Assembly (NCBI RefSeq): GCF_018350175.1
Contig: NC_058373.1
Span: forward strand, 116,004,001-116,068,000
DNA length: 64,000 bases
DNA from: Felis catus
Taxonomy: Eukaryota
Reading direction: 5' to 3'
Part shown: positions 52,987 to 64,000 of the stretch, in pieces
Layout: each line of letters starts with the position of its first letter
Position numbering within the stretch: the first letter of the stretch is position 1
Notes under the pieces: generated by a model
What the model saw: only the letters and a program-made list of their open reading frames with translations
Database searches by the model: none
What the model was told of the DNA's origin: nothing
Translations under genes and position numbers: made by a program

Positions 52987-55110
52987 ATTCAGCGTCTTTT
53001 TAATTGGCTACTGTTCACGAACCATGGCCCCCGGGACTACCTTATGTCACAGGAGTCCCATTGTGCTTGGTAACCTGCTTCAGGGCACCCCCACATCTTC
53101 CATCTCACCAGAGAGTCTATGTCCTTCTAGAAGGCAGGGTCCAGTCTCTCTTCCTTTCTTCTCCTTCCTTCCTTCCTTCTCTTGCCTAATTCTCCCTGGC
53201 CTCCTCCCACCCCAGATTCAAGCACTTGATTAGGTTACAGTCAGCTTAGACACCTGGGTAGGTAGTGGAGAGTCTGGTCATAAAGAAGATAATGCTCTCT
53301 CAGGCAGGTGGCCTCAGTTCCTGGAAGATGAAATCTTACCAGAAATAGGGGAGGGTAGTCTTAGGGTGGGGAAGAGCCGGGGGCAGGGAAATTGTGGTAG
53401 GAGTTTGCGAAGGTAGGCTGGGAAGAGGTCAGGAAGGGCCCTCAAGGCCATGCTAAAGAATGTGGATCTCTTCCTACCGACACTGGGGCGTAACATGACC
53501 AGACCTGTGTTCCATGAGCATGTTTCCTAGGGCTGATCTTCTCCCCCAACCCTCCCCTTTTCCCTTGATCACAAAGAAGTGCCCAGTGCCTGCCGTTGAA
53601 ACTGTGCAAGAGGCCCTCCTGATTGGGTGGATGCAGTGCGAACGGTGTCTGAGAGGAGGAGCAGGGCTGAGCAGCAGACAACTCTCCCTCCCCCCACCAC
53701 CTAGGCCAAAACACGTTCTCCGACTTAAGCTGGTTGGACTAGATTGGGTGGGGACTGGAGGGATCAGAGGATTAGCACATCAGTCCCAGCCTTGAATGAA
53801 GCACATTCCACAGTCAAGTAAGCAGGGTGTGGTTGTACCCAACCCCAGCCCAGCTCCTGGCCGGAGGGCTGTGTGCATGTGTGTTCCAAATGTAAGGGCA
53901 TGCTGTGTGCCTGCCCAGGACCTGACATTCCTAACCAGCTATGCCCTCTAGGAGACCTCCATGGTACTTCCTTCCAGAACTTTCCCTGTGTGTCCTCACT
54001 ATGTTCCGCTTGCATTTTGCAGATGACTCACCGTTTCAGCACCGTCTCTCAGTTGGGAGGAAGAAATGAGAAAGGATTGCATTAGGACCGGGAAGCTCGT
54101 CCCTGTCCTGTTTCTGGCCTGGAGTCACCTTGCTGTATTGGTCAGGGCAGGGGGCAGCCTTGAAGCAAGGGGCCTGGGCTTCTGGAACATCTGCAGGAGA
54201 AGCTGGTATTATGGGAAAGTACCCCAAACTACTATAGTCACCATTCTTTTGCTGACTGTGAAAGTAGCATATAATCACTGTAAGAAACAGTCTTAAACAT
54301 TCCAAAAGTAAGGAACACTTTTAGATCGTCTGTAACACCAATCCATAAAAAATGGTGATTATTGATCTTCTATCTTTTTCATATTATGCCTATCCAGTGC
54401 ATGTTTTTTTAAAGGATGAAAATGAAGTATATTTTCTGTATATAATTGGGATCATTGTTTTAAAGTCTTCTGTATCCTGCCTTTTCATTTATGAACATTT
54501 CCCTATTTCCTTATTCTTAAACTATCTAATTTTAATGGCTGCATAATACCACATATAGTTGTATCATAAAACCAGTGATAGGATCCTAGAGTGAGGTTAT
54601 CACAAGGGGTCCGTTTCAAAAAAGAAAGAGACAGAAGTGTGCTGCTTCATAAGAGAGGGAGCCATGCCATGCCTTTGTGCCTTTGCACCCCTCCACCACC
54701 TTTGGACTCAACTCAAGCATCATCCTCTCCATGAAGTCTGTGCAGCCCCAGCCTGAGCTCAGGCTAACACCAATCCATTGTGCTCCCCTAAGACCATCAT
54801 AGCACCGATCCCATTATATTAAACAGGTGTCTTCGTATTTCAATCTTTCCCACCAGACCATAAGATCTTTATCAACTGGACTCTACCTGAGCAAGCCATG
54901 AAGCTCCAGTGTCCAGCTGGTACCTGGCATATAGAAGATAATAAATGCCTTTTAAAGAAGCAAAGTTTAAGCAATCCCCCCATTGTCAGATATATAGACT
55001 ATTTCTAATTTGTAGAGATAGCCTTCACTTTCTCACTTCCCCATGTTCTCACTTCCAACATTCTATGTTGAGTGAGGAAGAGGGTGAAGGTAGACCAAAA
55101 AAATTATATC

Positions 55111-55572
55111 TGGGGCACAGGGGTGCAAGACCACCTGGCTGCTGGGGTCCCAAACAGACCAAGTTCATCTACTTGCCACTGACAATATCCAAAGGCAGAT
55201 AAACGAGTGGTGGGAAACAAGAAATGAGATCAACACGGGGAAGACAGAGGACTAGCGTCTCAAAGACCATCTCCAAAGTGCTGAAAATATTTCCAGGTTT
55301 ATGCAAGGGAAATGTGGGACAAAGCTCGGTGGGACGGTGGGTGCATGCCGTTGCGCAGTGAAAGTCAAGTTGACTATTGTCTTGGGGTCAGTCACAGGGT
55401 CTTGCCGGCTCAGGGCAGCCCTTATTGTTTGAGGGGGTAGTTTCTGTTCCCTTCAGGGGATGCTTTGCATGGGGTCTTTTGCCTGAGTTAAGAGATAAGT
55501 TGGAATGAAGAACGTGATCAGTTAGAAAGAACAGACTGAAATCAAAATGGAGGTAGTGGAAGTCCTCTCTCA
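55111..55572 (-). mobile_element. Probable solo LTR, about 460 bp
   Basis: TG...CA termini with a near-TSD ATATC/AAATC; family not identified. Confidence 0.45.
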
Positions 55573-55788
55573 AAATCTTGTTTGGGTCACTTGTTGTCAT
55601 TTCAACCCTCCTGTAAATGATCTTGGGAGACTTATAAATAAATCTTTATCTTCATCTGACTCATCTTGTGGTATAAAGTGCAGATGCCAGAATTGGAAAA
55701 ATCCCAGCTCCACTATTTGATAGCTGTGTGGCCTTGAGCATGTTACTTGATTCTGACGCTCATTTGCCTCAATATACAATGGAGATAA

Positions 55789-55877
55789 GGGCACCTGGCT
55801 GGCTCAGTGAGTGGAGCGTGTGACTCTTGATCTCAGGGTTGTAAGTTTGAGCCCCATGTTGGGTGTAGAGACTACTT

Positions 55878-55924
<47 letters not shown>
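55789..55924 (+). mobile_element. Short carnivore SINE with a (CA)n tail
   Basis: GGGCACCTGGCTGGCTCAGTGAGTGGAGCG...GGGTGTAGAGACTACTTAAA followed by about 22 CA units. Confidence 0.85.
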
Positions 55925-55925
<1 letters not shown>

Positions 55926-57054
55926 GATAAAATGGGATCTACTCAAGGATGTCGAGATGTTGTAAATGAGATAATGTGGATCAAGTCTTAACACAAGGCT
56001 TGGCACCTTGTAGCTAGTGTTTATTACTAAACAGAACTTTTGGGCCCATGTTATGGAATTCATGCCACATGGCCAAACTGCTTTCCAGAAACATGAGCAA
56101 TTCACACACATACCTATAGCATATGGCACCTTCCATGGCATCTTCTCCAGTAAGAAGTTTGGTCATTTTTTCTCTTTGCCCAATGTGCCTTACAAGGATC
56201 ATGTGGGTCCTGGTCAAACTCATCGTGAGGTTCAACCAAGGGTCATCTTTCTTCTCACAGTCTAAGCACCAGCGTGGAACCCCATCTCAGTCACCCCTTC
56301 TGGGCTGCAGAAGATGAGGCTAAGCTACATGGCATGAAATACAAGGTCACACCAGTAAAATATGAGGGTGTCAACACAGAAGTTTCAGAAGCTGTCTTCC
56401 GCATTCAGCTGAATGAAGAAATCGGGGACAAAGGCAGCAGAGGATAGCCCCAACACGGTTCTTCCCGTCTGTTTTCACCCTCATCCCACCCAATATACAA
56501 TCATGGAAAGTAAAAGCACAAAGGCTGCCTGGTGATCAACTTGCTCCAGAAGAGGCCCAGAGAGGTTAAGTGGCTTGCCCGAGGTTACACAGCTGGCAAG
56601 TGCCATTGAGAGTATCAAGATGACAAGGAATCCAAGATTTTCCTCACAGGCAGAAAATCTCGTGTACAACTCCACTTGTTTGTCCTCTTAGCCCCATTTA
56701 CAACTTCACCAGGAACATCAGGGTGGATGATGATAGGGGTGGGAGACAGCACATGCTTGCAGGGGCTCTGAAAGCCCAAACCCGTAGCCTGTGCAGAAGT
56801 CAGTTGTGAGAAGAGACTGAATCATCTCAGCAGGTGCGGCTCAGCACCATGTGCCAGAAGGGCCTCTGTGGTCCAGCTGGGAGCTCCACGGGCTTCAGGG
56901 GGGGCTTTCCCCCCGCTTCCTGTTTCCTGTGCCACAGCCATGGTCTTTATTTTTCCCTACATATGGAAATCCCCCCACAAGAGCCAGTTACTTGGATATC
57001 TGGTTTAATTAAAAAGTGGGGAAAGGATAAGCTTACAAAGCACCACGGCAAACC

Positions 57055-60000
57055 AGAAGTCATTGTTGTAACAGTTTTATTCAAGTCTGTGTGTGCTCTG
57101 GTGGTGGGACCAGGCTGAATCGGCATTACACTGTAATACGATAAGAGGTTTAGCCATTGAACCAAGCCTGCTTGGCATCCCTAGTTAACAATTTACAGTA
57201 CCTTGAAAAAAAAAAAAAGCCAAAGAAAAGAACCTGGTAAGTTTCCTTCAGGACTTTTCTATTTTTAAATATTGTCGACAAATTACAATAACTTAAATCC
57301 CAAAGCAAAATGGGAATTCAAGGACACAGGGTTAGGACATATGAACAAGACACTGAAACGGGGAAGGCCTAGGGATGAAAACTAGTAGCTAATTACAGAG
57401 AAACAAAACGAACACATATGTGAACTTTCACTTTACCTAGACTCAAAGGCTCTAACAGGAAGGAAAATCCCAAAGAAAGCTTTTCTGCGAACTAAGTAAA
57501 ACCCATCTCCAACTTCTTTCCTTAATCCTCTAGAAGATAGTCTAAATCTGTATGTGAGCATGTGAATACGTGAGTGTGTGAATGTGTGAGCGTGTGTGTT
57601 TAGGATGGGTAGTGAGGAAAATCAGAGGAGAAAGTTGACAAGTTCATCATCTCCCTTCTTTGCTACCGCTGGGTACCAAGGGCATGTAGCTCAACACAAT
57701 GGCTCTTCTCAATTTCTAGCTGCAGTTGGGAGCTAACAACCCAAAGCAAGGCTACAGGCGGGGGATGCAGGGAACCACAGGCAGTAAGAATCAGGAAGAC
57801 CAGTCCTACTGGCTTCCAGGTTAAGGAAAGAGCCCGACCTTCAGAACAACAAATGACCGGGCTCCCTGAGCTGTCTAAGGAGGCCAGGGTGCTGCCAGTG
57901 CCCAAGACCGGAAATGAACAAAGCGGGAGGGCTGTCAATATCTCATCAGAACAAATGGGAAATCGTCAGCAGTCTGAGAAGATGATGAGAGGTTCACCTG
58001 ACCTGCACAGCCAACCAGAAGCCCAGAGCTGGGTCAGGCTGGTTAGGCACCTAAATCCTATTAATTAGCCGTAATTAGCCGGGACTCCGGTTTCTGCCTC
58101 CTGCCTTCGAACAGCAGTGCCTGAGATGCCAAGGGTCCAGTGGCAAGGCCCGGAAGGTGCCAGGGACCTAGAACTCCCAGAAGCAGCAGTGGGTTCTCCT
58201 TTCTGATGTGGATTTTTACTAATTTGAATTCCTGATCTAAGAAAGCAATGATTGGTCTGAAAGAAGAGAGCATTTAGGAATGTGTTCCTAGGACTAAATG
58301 TGGCTTGACAAGAAGCCATCCTCAGGCCTGAAGCCAAGGAGGGAGGCAAGTGGCCTAGCAGGCTGAACCACAGGAAATTGCCAATATTCGGCTGGTTTTG
58401 ACCTACAACCACCCCCCACCCCACCCAACCCCCACACTTTTCTCCACAAAGGGAAATAAACTAGCAAGGTGAGGCTTATCAGTGCTGGACCCTGGGTTCC
58501 AGGACCATACATTTTAAAGTTAAAGGGCTTCGTGCTTCAGGTAGGGAAGAGCGCATCATCCTCAGTTCGATGTTGGGCTCACAGGTCCATAGAGGGGAGG
58601 AGACACTTGCAACTTCGCACACTAGCACGTGGGCAACTCAGGTCACCGTGTTCCTGCCGTTCTTGCCACCATGGTCATTTATGATCACAACACACTGCGG
58701 TGAGGGCTGCTCTCACCCCTGACCCAGGGCCAGTCTCTGGCAGAGCTTTCAGGAAAGGCCCAGCACTACAGCAAGGGCAACACCTGCCTCTTCCCCCAAA
58801 TCCTCCAAGAGGCAATGGAGTGTTTCCAACCAGCTTGAAGGCGGGTGGGGGTGGGGGTGGGGGCTCACATACCTGAGTCCAAAGCACAGGCTTAATTAAA
58901 CACATGAAGAAAAGATCAAGGCTCCCTGAAGTGTAACCATTCCCAGCCATCCAGCCTTTCAGAACCCGCTGTTCTGTGCTTTTGTTAAAAGCAAGCTTGA
59001 AGAGTTAGCAGTGCTCAGGAGGGGTCTCCCTCCTTGTGGGGGCCAGAGGGAGGAGGGGGGCCCAATGTGGGGACTGAGGAATAGGAGTGTTGACAACAAG
59101 CCACACCTAGATGCCCTTGGGGTGTCCTGTTGTGTCCCTGAGCAACCGTGGTCTGAGGGGAAAGGGGCCTTGTAAAGAACCTCACACTAGGACATGCGTC
59201 CCAAGGGCCGGCAGACCTTCTCGCAAAGATTCTTCCAGGAATTAAATTGGCCTCATTCCAGTCTCGAAAAAAACAGGACTCTGGGAAGGACTCCTAAAAA
59301 CTCCAAGACCCCAAACTGTCATTCTGATGCTGACTCCAGCCTCCCGGTCTCCTATTTTCCTCCTTCCTAAGACACTAATGCTGGGAAAGACCAGCCTGAC
59401 AAGTTAAGTGGGGGGATCAGAAAGGAGGTCTGTAAACACCAGGTGCTGCAAAAACGCAGAAGAAGATGTGCCTGACCATGGCCCCCGTTAGTCATTCTAA
59501 GCCAGCTCCAAACCACTACTCTTCCAGAAACCAAAGTAAGAAACACTAGGCAAGTCCCTTAGAGGCAAAAGTGGTGAGGACCACACTGTTAAGGTCAGCA
59601 ATTTGTCCTAATGGCCGGCTGGGAGCTGCATGCTTCGCCGACCTGCTCTGAAACATGTTCTCATTGTCCTTGACCGGGAAACAGGTAATGGTTGCTTTTA
59701 CAGGAAGGAAATGTGAGAGTGGCTAAAAGGGGAGCCAGACAGCAAACAGATGGTGGAAGACAGACACCTTGTTCAAGTCTTAGAGCTTGGTGCCCGACTC
59801 AGCGACCAGTCCAGGCAGCTTTCAAATTTCCCTTCCCTTGAATTTCTTCCTCTTTAAGCATTTTCTCTTCTCTACCAGCAAGTGTATCAGAAGGAAAATG
59901 ATGCAATTTTGTAAAGGCCAGGAGGAAAGGTTAGCACTATTCTGAGTTGACAAATAGAAGACATCATCATCATCTTCTTCATCATTACTACCAGACCCTC

Positions 60001-62933
60001 GGGATACTAAAGGATGTGAAGTGAAGAGAGAGTAACCATCAAGCGTCTTAGAAAAAATATGAGGATAATGGAGACATCCACTCAGCCCCTGGCAGGGACC
60101 TGGATCCCCAAAGGGGGGTAAACAGAGGATAATCCTGTTTAGAATCAGTGGAAGGAGACGAGGGATCTGAGGACAAAGGGCAGAGAGCAGTATCTGTTTC
60201 CAATCACCATCACTGGTGGCCCCTGATGCTGGGGGCCACTGGATTCCAATCATCCAATCACTTTTGGGTAACGAACACCTGCCAAGAACAGAGGGAAGGA
60301 AAGAAACGGAAAGAGAAAAAGGGATTCTGGCTACTGCCAACGCAGGGGCTCAATCCCAGCTTCAAGGCCTGCTCCTGACCGTGACCATAGAGACAAGGGA
60401 GCCTACGTGGACAACTCAAATTCTATAGGATCCTTATCCCACCAAGCCTCACCTTACAGAGAGAGAATGTGGCAGGCAGGGGCCCATCAGAGACGGGATA
60501 TGAAGGAGCTGAGAGAACACCTCCGTTTTTGCGCCAGCTCACGAAGCAGCCTCAGACTAATCCTGCTTCTGCCTCCGACAGGTGCAATTCTACCAATGGC
60601 AGACCCAGTCTTTGTCTTTCCTCCGGCTGGAGGAGTAAGAAATGGGTTCAGCCTCTTACTCAATGGCAAGTGGCCACCACTCCGTGCCCATTACATCAGT
60701 TATACTTCCACTTCCCCAAAAGATGGCTGCAACCTAACAAAACAACAAAAAGTAGAAAACGGTCAATTGCCTCACAGCACAGAGCACTGCCCAGAGCCAG
60801 CAAGGTTTGGATTATGCTGTGTGCTGCGCCCTGTCAAAGGGCCATTTAGGGGAGCCAAGGGCTTATAGACACATTAGAGACTTGGGAACTGGGGCTATGG
60901 AGAGTCCAGGGAAGGGCCCAGAACACACCATCTGTGGCCCCCTCCCCAATCAAGAATGAAGAGGAGTCCCTCGGTTGGCTGGAACTGTTAATAGGATTCA
61001 CATTCCACAACCCCACCGCCCCCCCACCCCCACCCCAGCCAAGGGGTGAGGGGACAGAGGCAAAAAAAAAAAAAAATCTCTACAGTCTTCACCGAAAAAA
61101 GAGGAGAGAGATGAGACACCATGGGCAACAAAACTGAGTGCCTCCCACCCAAGATGAGGGGGGGCCCTTGAACCAAAGTGCCAGTGAGCTCATAAAACAG
61201 GGAGCCATTCGAAAACCAAGGTCACCCCTTTCCTCATTCCCGGGTTGGGACTTGATCATAGTGACAGAGAGACAGAGCGGTGACCAAACTCATCATCTGT
61301 GCCAGCTTCACTGCTTTCCTCCCTCTGGCAGGCGGTCCGCCAACGTCTCCAAGGAAATATTCCATGGTAAGAGACACGGAAGCCAATTTAGAGAGTCTGG
61401 AGGGGAGAGGAGCATGACCCAAGGCTCTGCTCCCAATCAAGTTTACGTGCGCGTCCTGCACAAAGGCAACCGCTCACACTTGACACGGGAGGCCCCAGGG
61501 GAAGCGGAAATGGTGCAGGCACACAGGAGGAAGCTCCACAAGCAGCTCAACATTCCAGTTAAGGAAACAGATTCCAGAAAAGTCAGGGTTGGCCTCTGCT
61601 CTCCTTCCTACCCAGCTCAGGGTCCAGAGCCCAGCATCAGGGGCCACCTGTGCCCAGAGGCATGAGCCCTCGGTCAGTCTGCAGTGCCTGGGGCTCAAAG
61701 CTTCCTGTATATCAGTGGCTCACTAAGCACCCCACGAACATCATTGCCTCACCATATCCGTGTGTGGAAGGTACCACTAATGGCTCCGTTTTACTTCAAG
61801 GGCATCCCGTAATGGGTGGCGTGGCTGAGAAGAAATCCCCACAGTTCCAGCTCCCAGTGTCCGGGACCCTCCCACCCCCCCACCCCCCACCACCAATATG
61901 CTATTTTGGTGCAGTGCAGAGATATCTACCAACCAAATACATAATCCACTGGCTCCAGGGATTGGAGGAAAGATCCAGGGAAGGGCATAACACATAACGA
62001 CCAGAACAACATAACGGACCAACACAGGAACTTTGTCTCTGGCTTCAGAACTGGCACCAGTGAGTGAGTCTCCCAAGAAACTATCCCTGGGATGAGCATG
62101 TGTGTATCGGAAACTGGTCTGGCCACGTCCAGACCCCGGGTAGGAGATGGATGCCATCAACAGGTGCTGGTTTCTGCCTTTATTTGTGTGTTTCCGAAAG
62201 GAACAAGGGCAGACTCTGTTACCCTCTTTGCTGCCACTCGACTCTGTTTTTCCTAATTCCCTCTCCTCCCCCCAGGTCCCCTTACCCCTGTGGGGCTCAA
62301 ATAAATAAGCGGGGCACCTGGAAGGGCAGGCGGGTAAGTAACAGGTCCCTCAACTCCTACGTCCCACACTGGGGCACCTTGCCTTCAGTCCTCCAGCGGG
62401 CACGTAAGGGCTTAGGGCACAGAAAAGCGTGTATCTCACACCAGATGAGACTCTGATTCATGGGTGCTGGGGAAGAATGTGGAAGAGGAGCAAAATCAAT
62501 CACAGATCATCCAATACTGGTGTTTGGGAAGGCTGAACTCAGGGCTAACAAAAGGACTCCGGGACAGGCTCCAGGCTTACCCAGGGGGCTGAGGAGAGGG
62601 GGCAGCAGACGGATTTGGCTGAGTGACCCTGCAGAGTCACCGTAAAGGCGAGGAAGACTGTGGAGGGTGGGGGACATGCACGCACCCCGCCCTCCCCTAC
62701 ACAGCCAGAGCTGATGGCCGCAGCCCCTTCCAGTGGACATGGGTAGAAAGGCCCTACAGGGCAGGGGACCCTCTGAAGTGGCCCTGCTTCCATCCCTTCC
62801 ACCTTCAAAGTGCATTATCAGTGCAAGAAGTAGGGCTGGATTTCAGGGGGTCCAACTCCGAGAAAGGGCTGTGCCAGCCAGCTCCCCCCATCTCCTCCTG
62901 CTTCCCCCTTGCCCGCCCCCAACCCTTTTCGTG
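57055..62933 (-). other. MAP3K9: MAP3K9 long 3' UTR, about 5.9 kb
   Basis: Contiguous with the stop codon and lacks the Can-SINE/L1 insertions common in the rest of the window. Ends at a minus-strand AATAAA with a GU-rich downstream element. Confidence 0.7.
57076..57081 (-). terminator. Candidate MAP3K9 polyadenylation signal
   Basis: Plus-strand TTTATT (= AATAAA on minus), with downstream minus-strand GU-rich TTCTGGTTTGCCGTGGTGCTTTGT. Alternatives: ATTAAA near 57004 and AATAAA at 56946-56951. Confidence 0.65.
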
Positions 62934-63418
62934 TTAAGACCAGAACTCTTGCTGAATCTCATAAGGGGCGGGCCTGTGTGTGTTCAGTTCGGCTCTGCAC
63001 AGCGGCACGGTGCTGTCCTGACTCTGGCCCTCTGCGTCCAGGTCCAGAAGCGTCCGCTCAGCAGGGGGCAGCGGCCCCGCTTGGAACGGGAGCAGGGCCG
63101 GGAGTCCGGGCCGCTCATCCACAGTGCTGCTGCTGCTAGCGAAGCAGGAGTCCAGGTTGCTGGGTGTCTCCGTGCTGGAGCTGTTGGCTGGAGAGGCGCT
63201 ACGGGCATGGCTGGGGGACACAAACCACCAAGGGTCCAGCCGTTGCCGGTTGGCAGAAGGACGTGGCCGAGGCAGAAACTCCAGGGTCTTGGGTCTCTCC
63301 AGGGTAGAATCCTGCTGTGTGTTCCAGCGCCTTGGGGTCGGGGGAAAGACCACATTGGGGTCAGGGAGACGGGGGAATTCACCTGGGTCTCGGCTGGGGC
63401 TGGGGGTTTTCAACATTC
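62934..63418 (-). CDS. MAP3K9: MAP3K9 (MLK1) terminal coding exon
   Basis: Minus-strand acceptor CTCTGTCTCTTTGCCCAG, then (G)[53 protein letters not shown]...[44 protein letters not shown] recognise this as the MLK1 C-terminus; the TTC9-MAP3K9 tail-to-tail synteny fits. Confidence 0.96.
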
Positions 63419-63679
63419 CTGGGCAAAGAGACAGAGGGAGAGGCATCAGGTGATGGCACACATTTCTAGACCAGATAGACACTGCTCCCTCCCCATACCT
63501 GCCACATCCCTATTCACCTGGAATAACACAAGCAACAAATATTTAAGCAGCACCTACTACGTGCAGCGGAGTGTGCTGGGAGGCACTGGGGATACAACAG
63601 TGAACTAGAAGGCCATGATCACTGTCTCCGATAATAAAATAAGAAGAGGACATACGGGGGTCACATCCGTAATGAAAAA

Positions 63680-63860
63680 CCTACGATCCATGGGCCACCC
63701 TGTGGTCTGCAAAACAAGTTGTATTGTAACACAGCCGCACCTACGGCTTGTTCTCCCACGACAGCAGCAGTGTTGAGTAATTACAACGGAGACCGCACGA
63801 CCCCAAAAGCTTAAAATATTTACTGTCTGGCCCTTTATCGAGAAAGTTTGCTGACCCCTG
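63680..63860. mobile_element. MER58-like hAT relic in a MAP3K9 intron
   Basis: AAAATATTTACTGTCTGGCCCTTTA...AAAGTTTGCTGACCCCTG terminus. Confidence 0.7.
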
Positions 63861-64000
63861 ACGTAAGGAAGTGTCTGTTTATTTCCGGTTCATCCATTTA
63901 ATAAACATGTGAGGCCAGAACAAATCTAGGTCTCACTTCCCAAAGAGGACACATACCTGAGTACAATAAAAAAATCTAAAGCCGAAAGGGAAAATACAAT

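Noticed and set aside
63419..63482. N-terminal extension of the 182-aa MAP3K9 ORF
   Set aside because: It lies upstream of the splice acceptor and is intronic polypyrimidine tract.
62733..63608. 291-aa plus-strand ORF, the longest in the track
   Set aside because: It is the antisense shadow of the GC-rich MAP3K9 last exon, with no recognisable protein.

Overview
This is a mammalian window, almost certainly felid, judging by the carnivore Can-SINEs of the cat-type subfamily. It spans the convergent 3' ends of two genes. TTC9 is on the + strand, with its last two coding exons at 5590-5772 and 7715-7794. MAP3K9/MLK1 is on the - strand, with its last coding exon at 62934-63418 and a ~5.9 kb 3' UTR ending near a poly(A) signal at ~57076. 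The ~45 kb between them is repeat-rich: ~28 Can-SINEs, several L1 fragments, L2/MIR/CR1 relics, MaLR/ERV LTRs and hAT/Tigger DNA-transposon relics. The most notable accessory items are a tailless 7SK retrocopy with a 17-bp target-site duplication (TSD), an L1 with an apparent short 3' transduction, a perfect 61-bp tandem duplication, a (GGGTCA)5 array in TTC9 intron 1, and several phase-compatible exon-like segments that may be relics of a decayed or unannotated gene. I found no well-supported novel biological system, and almost all ORFs in the supplied track are spurious. Repeat family names and boundaries come from recalled consensus sequences and are approximate.
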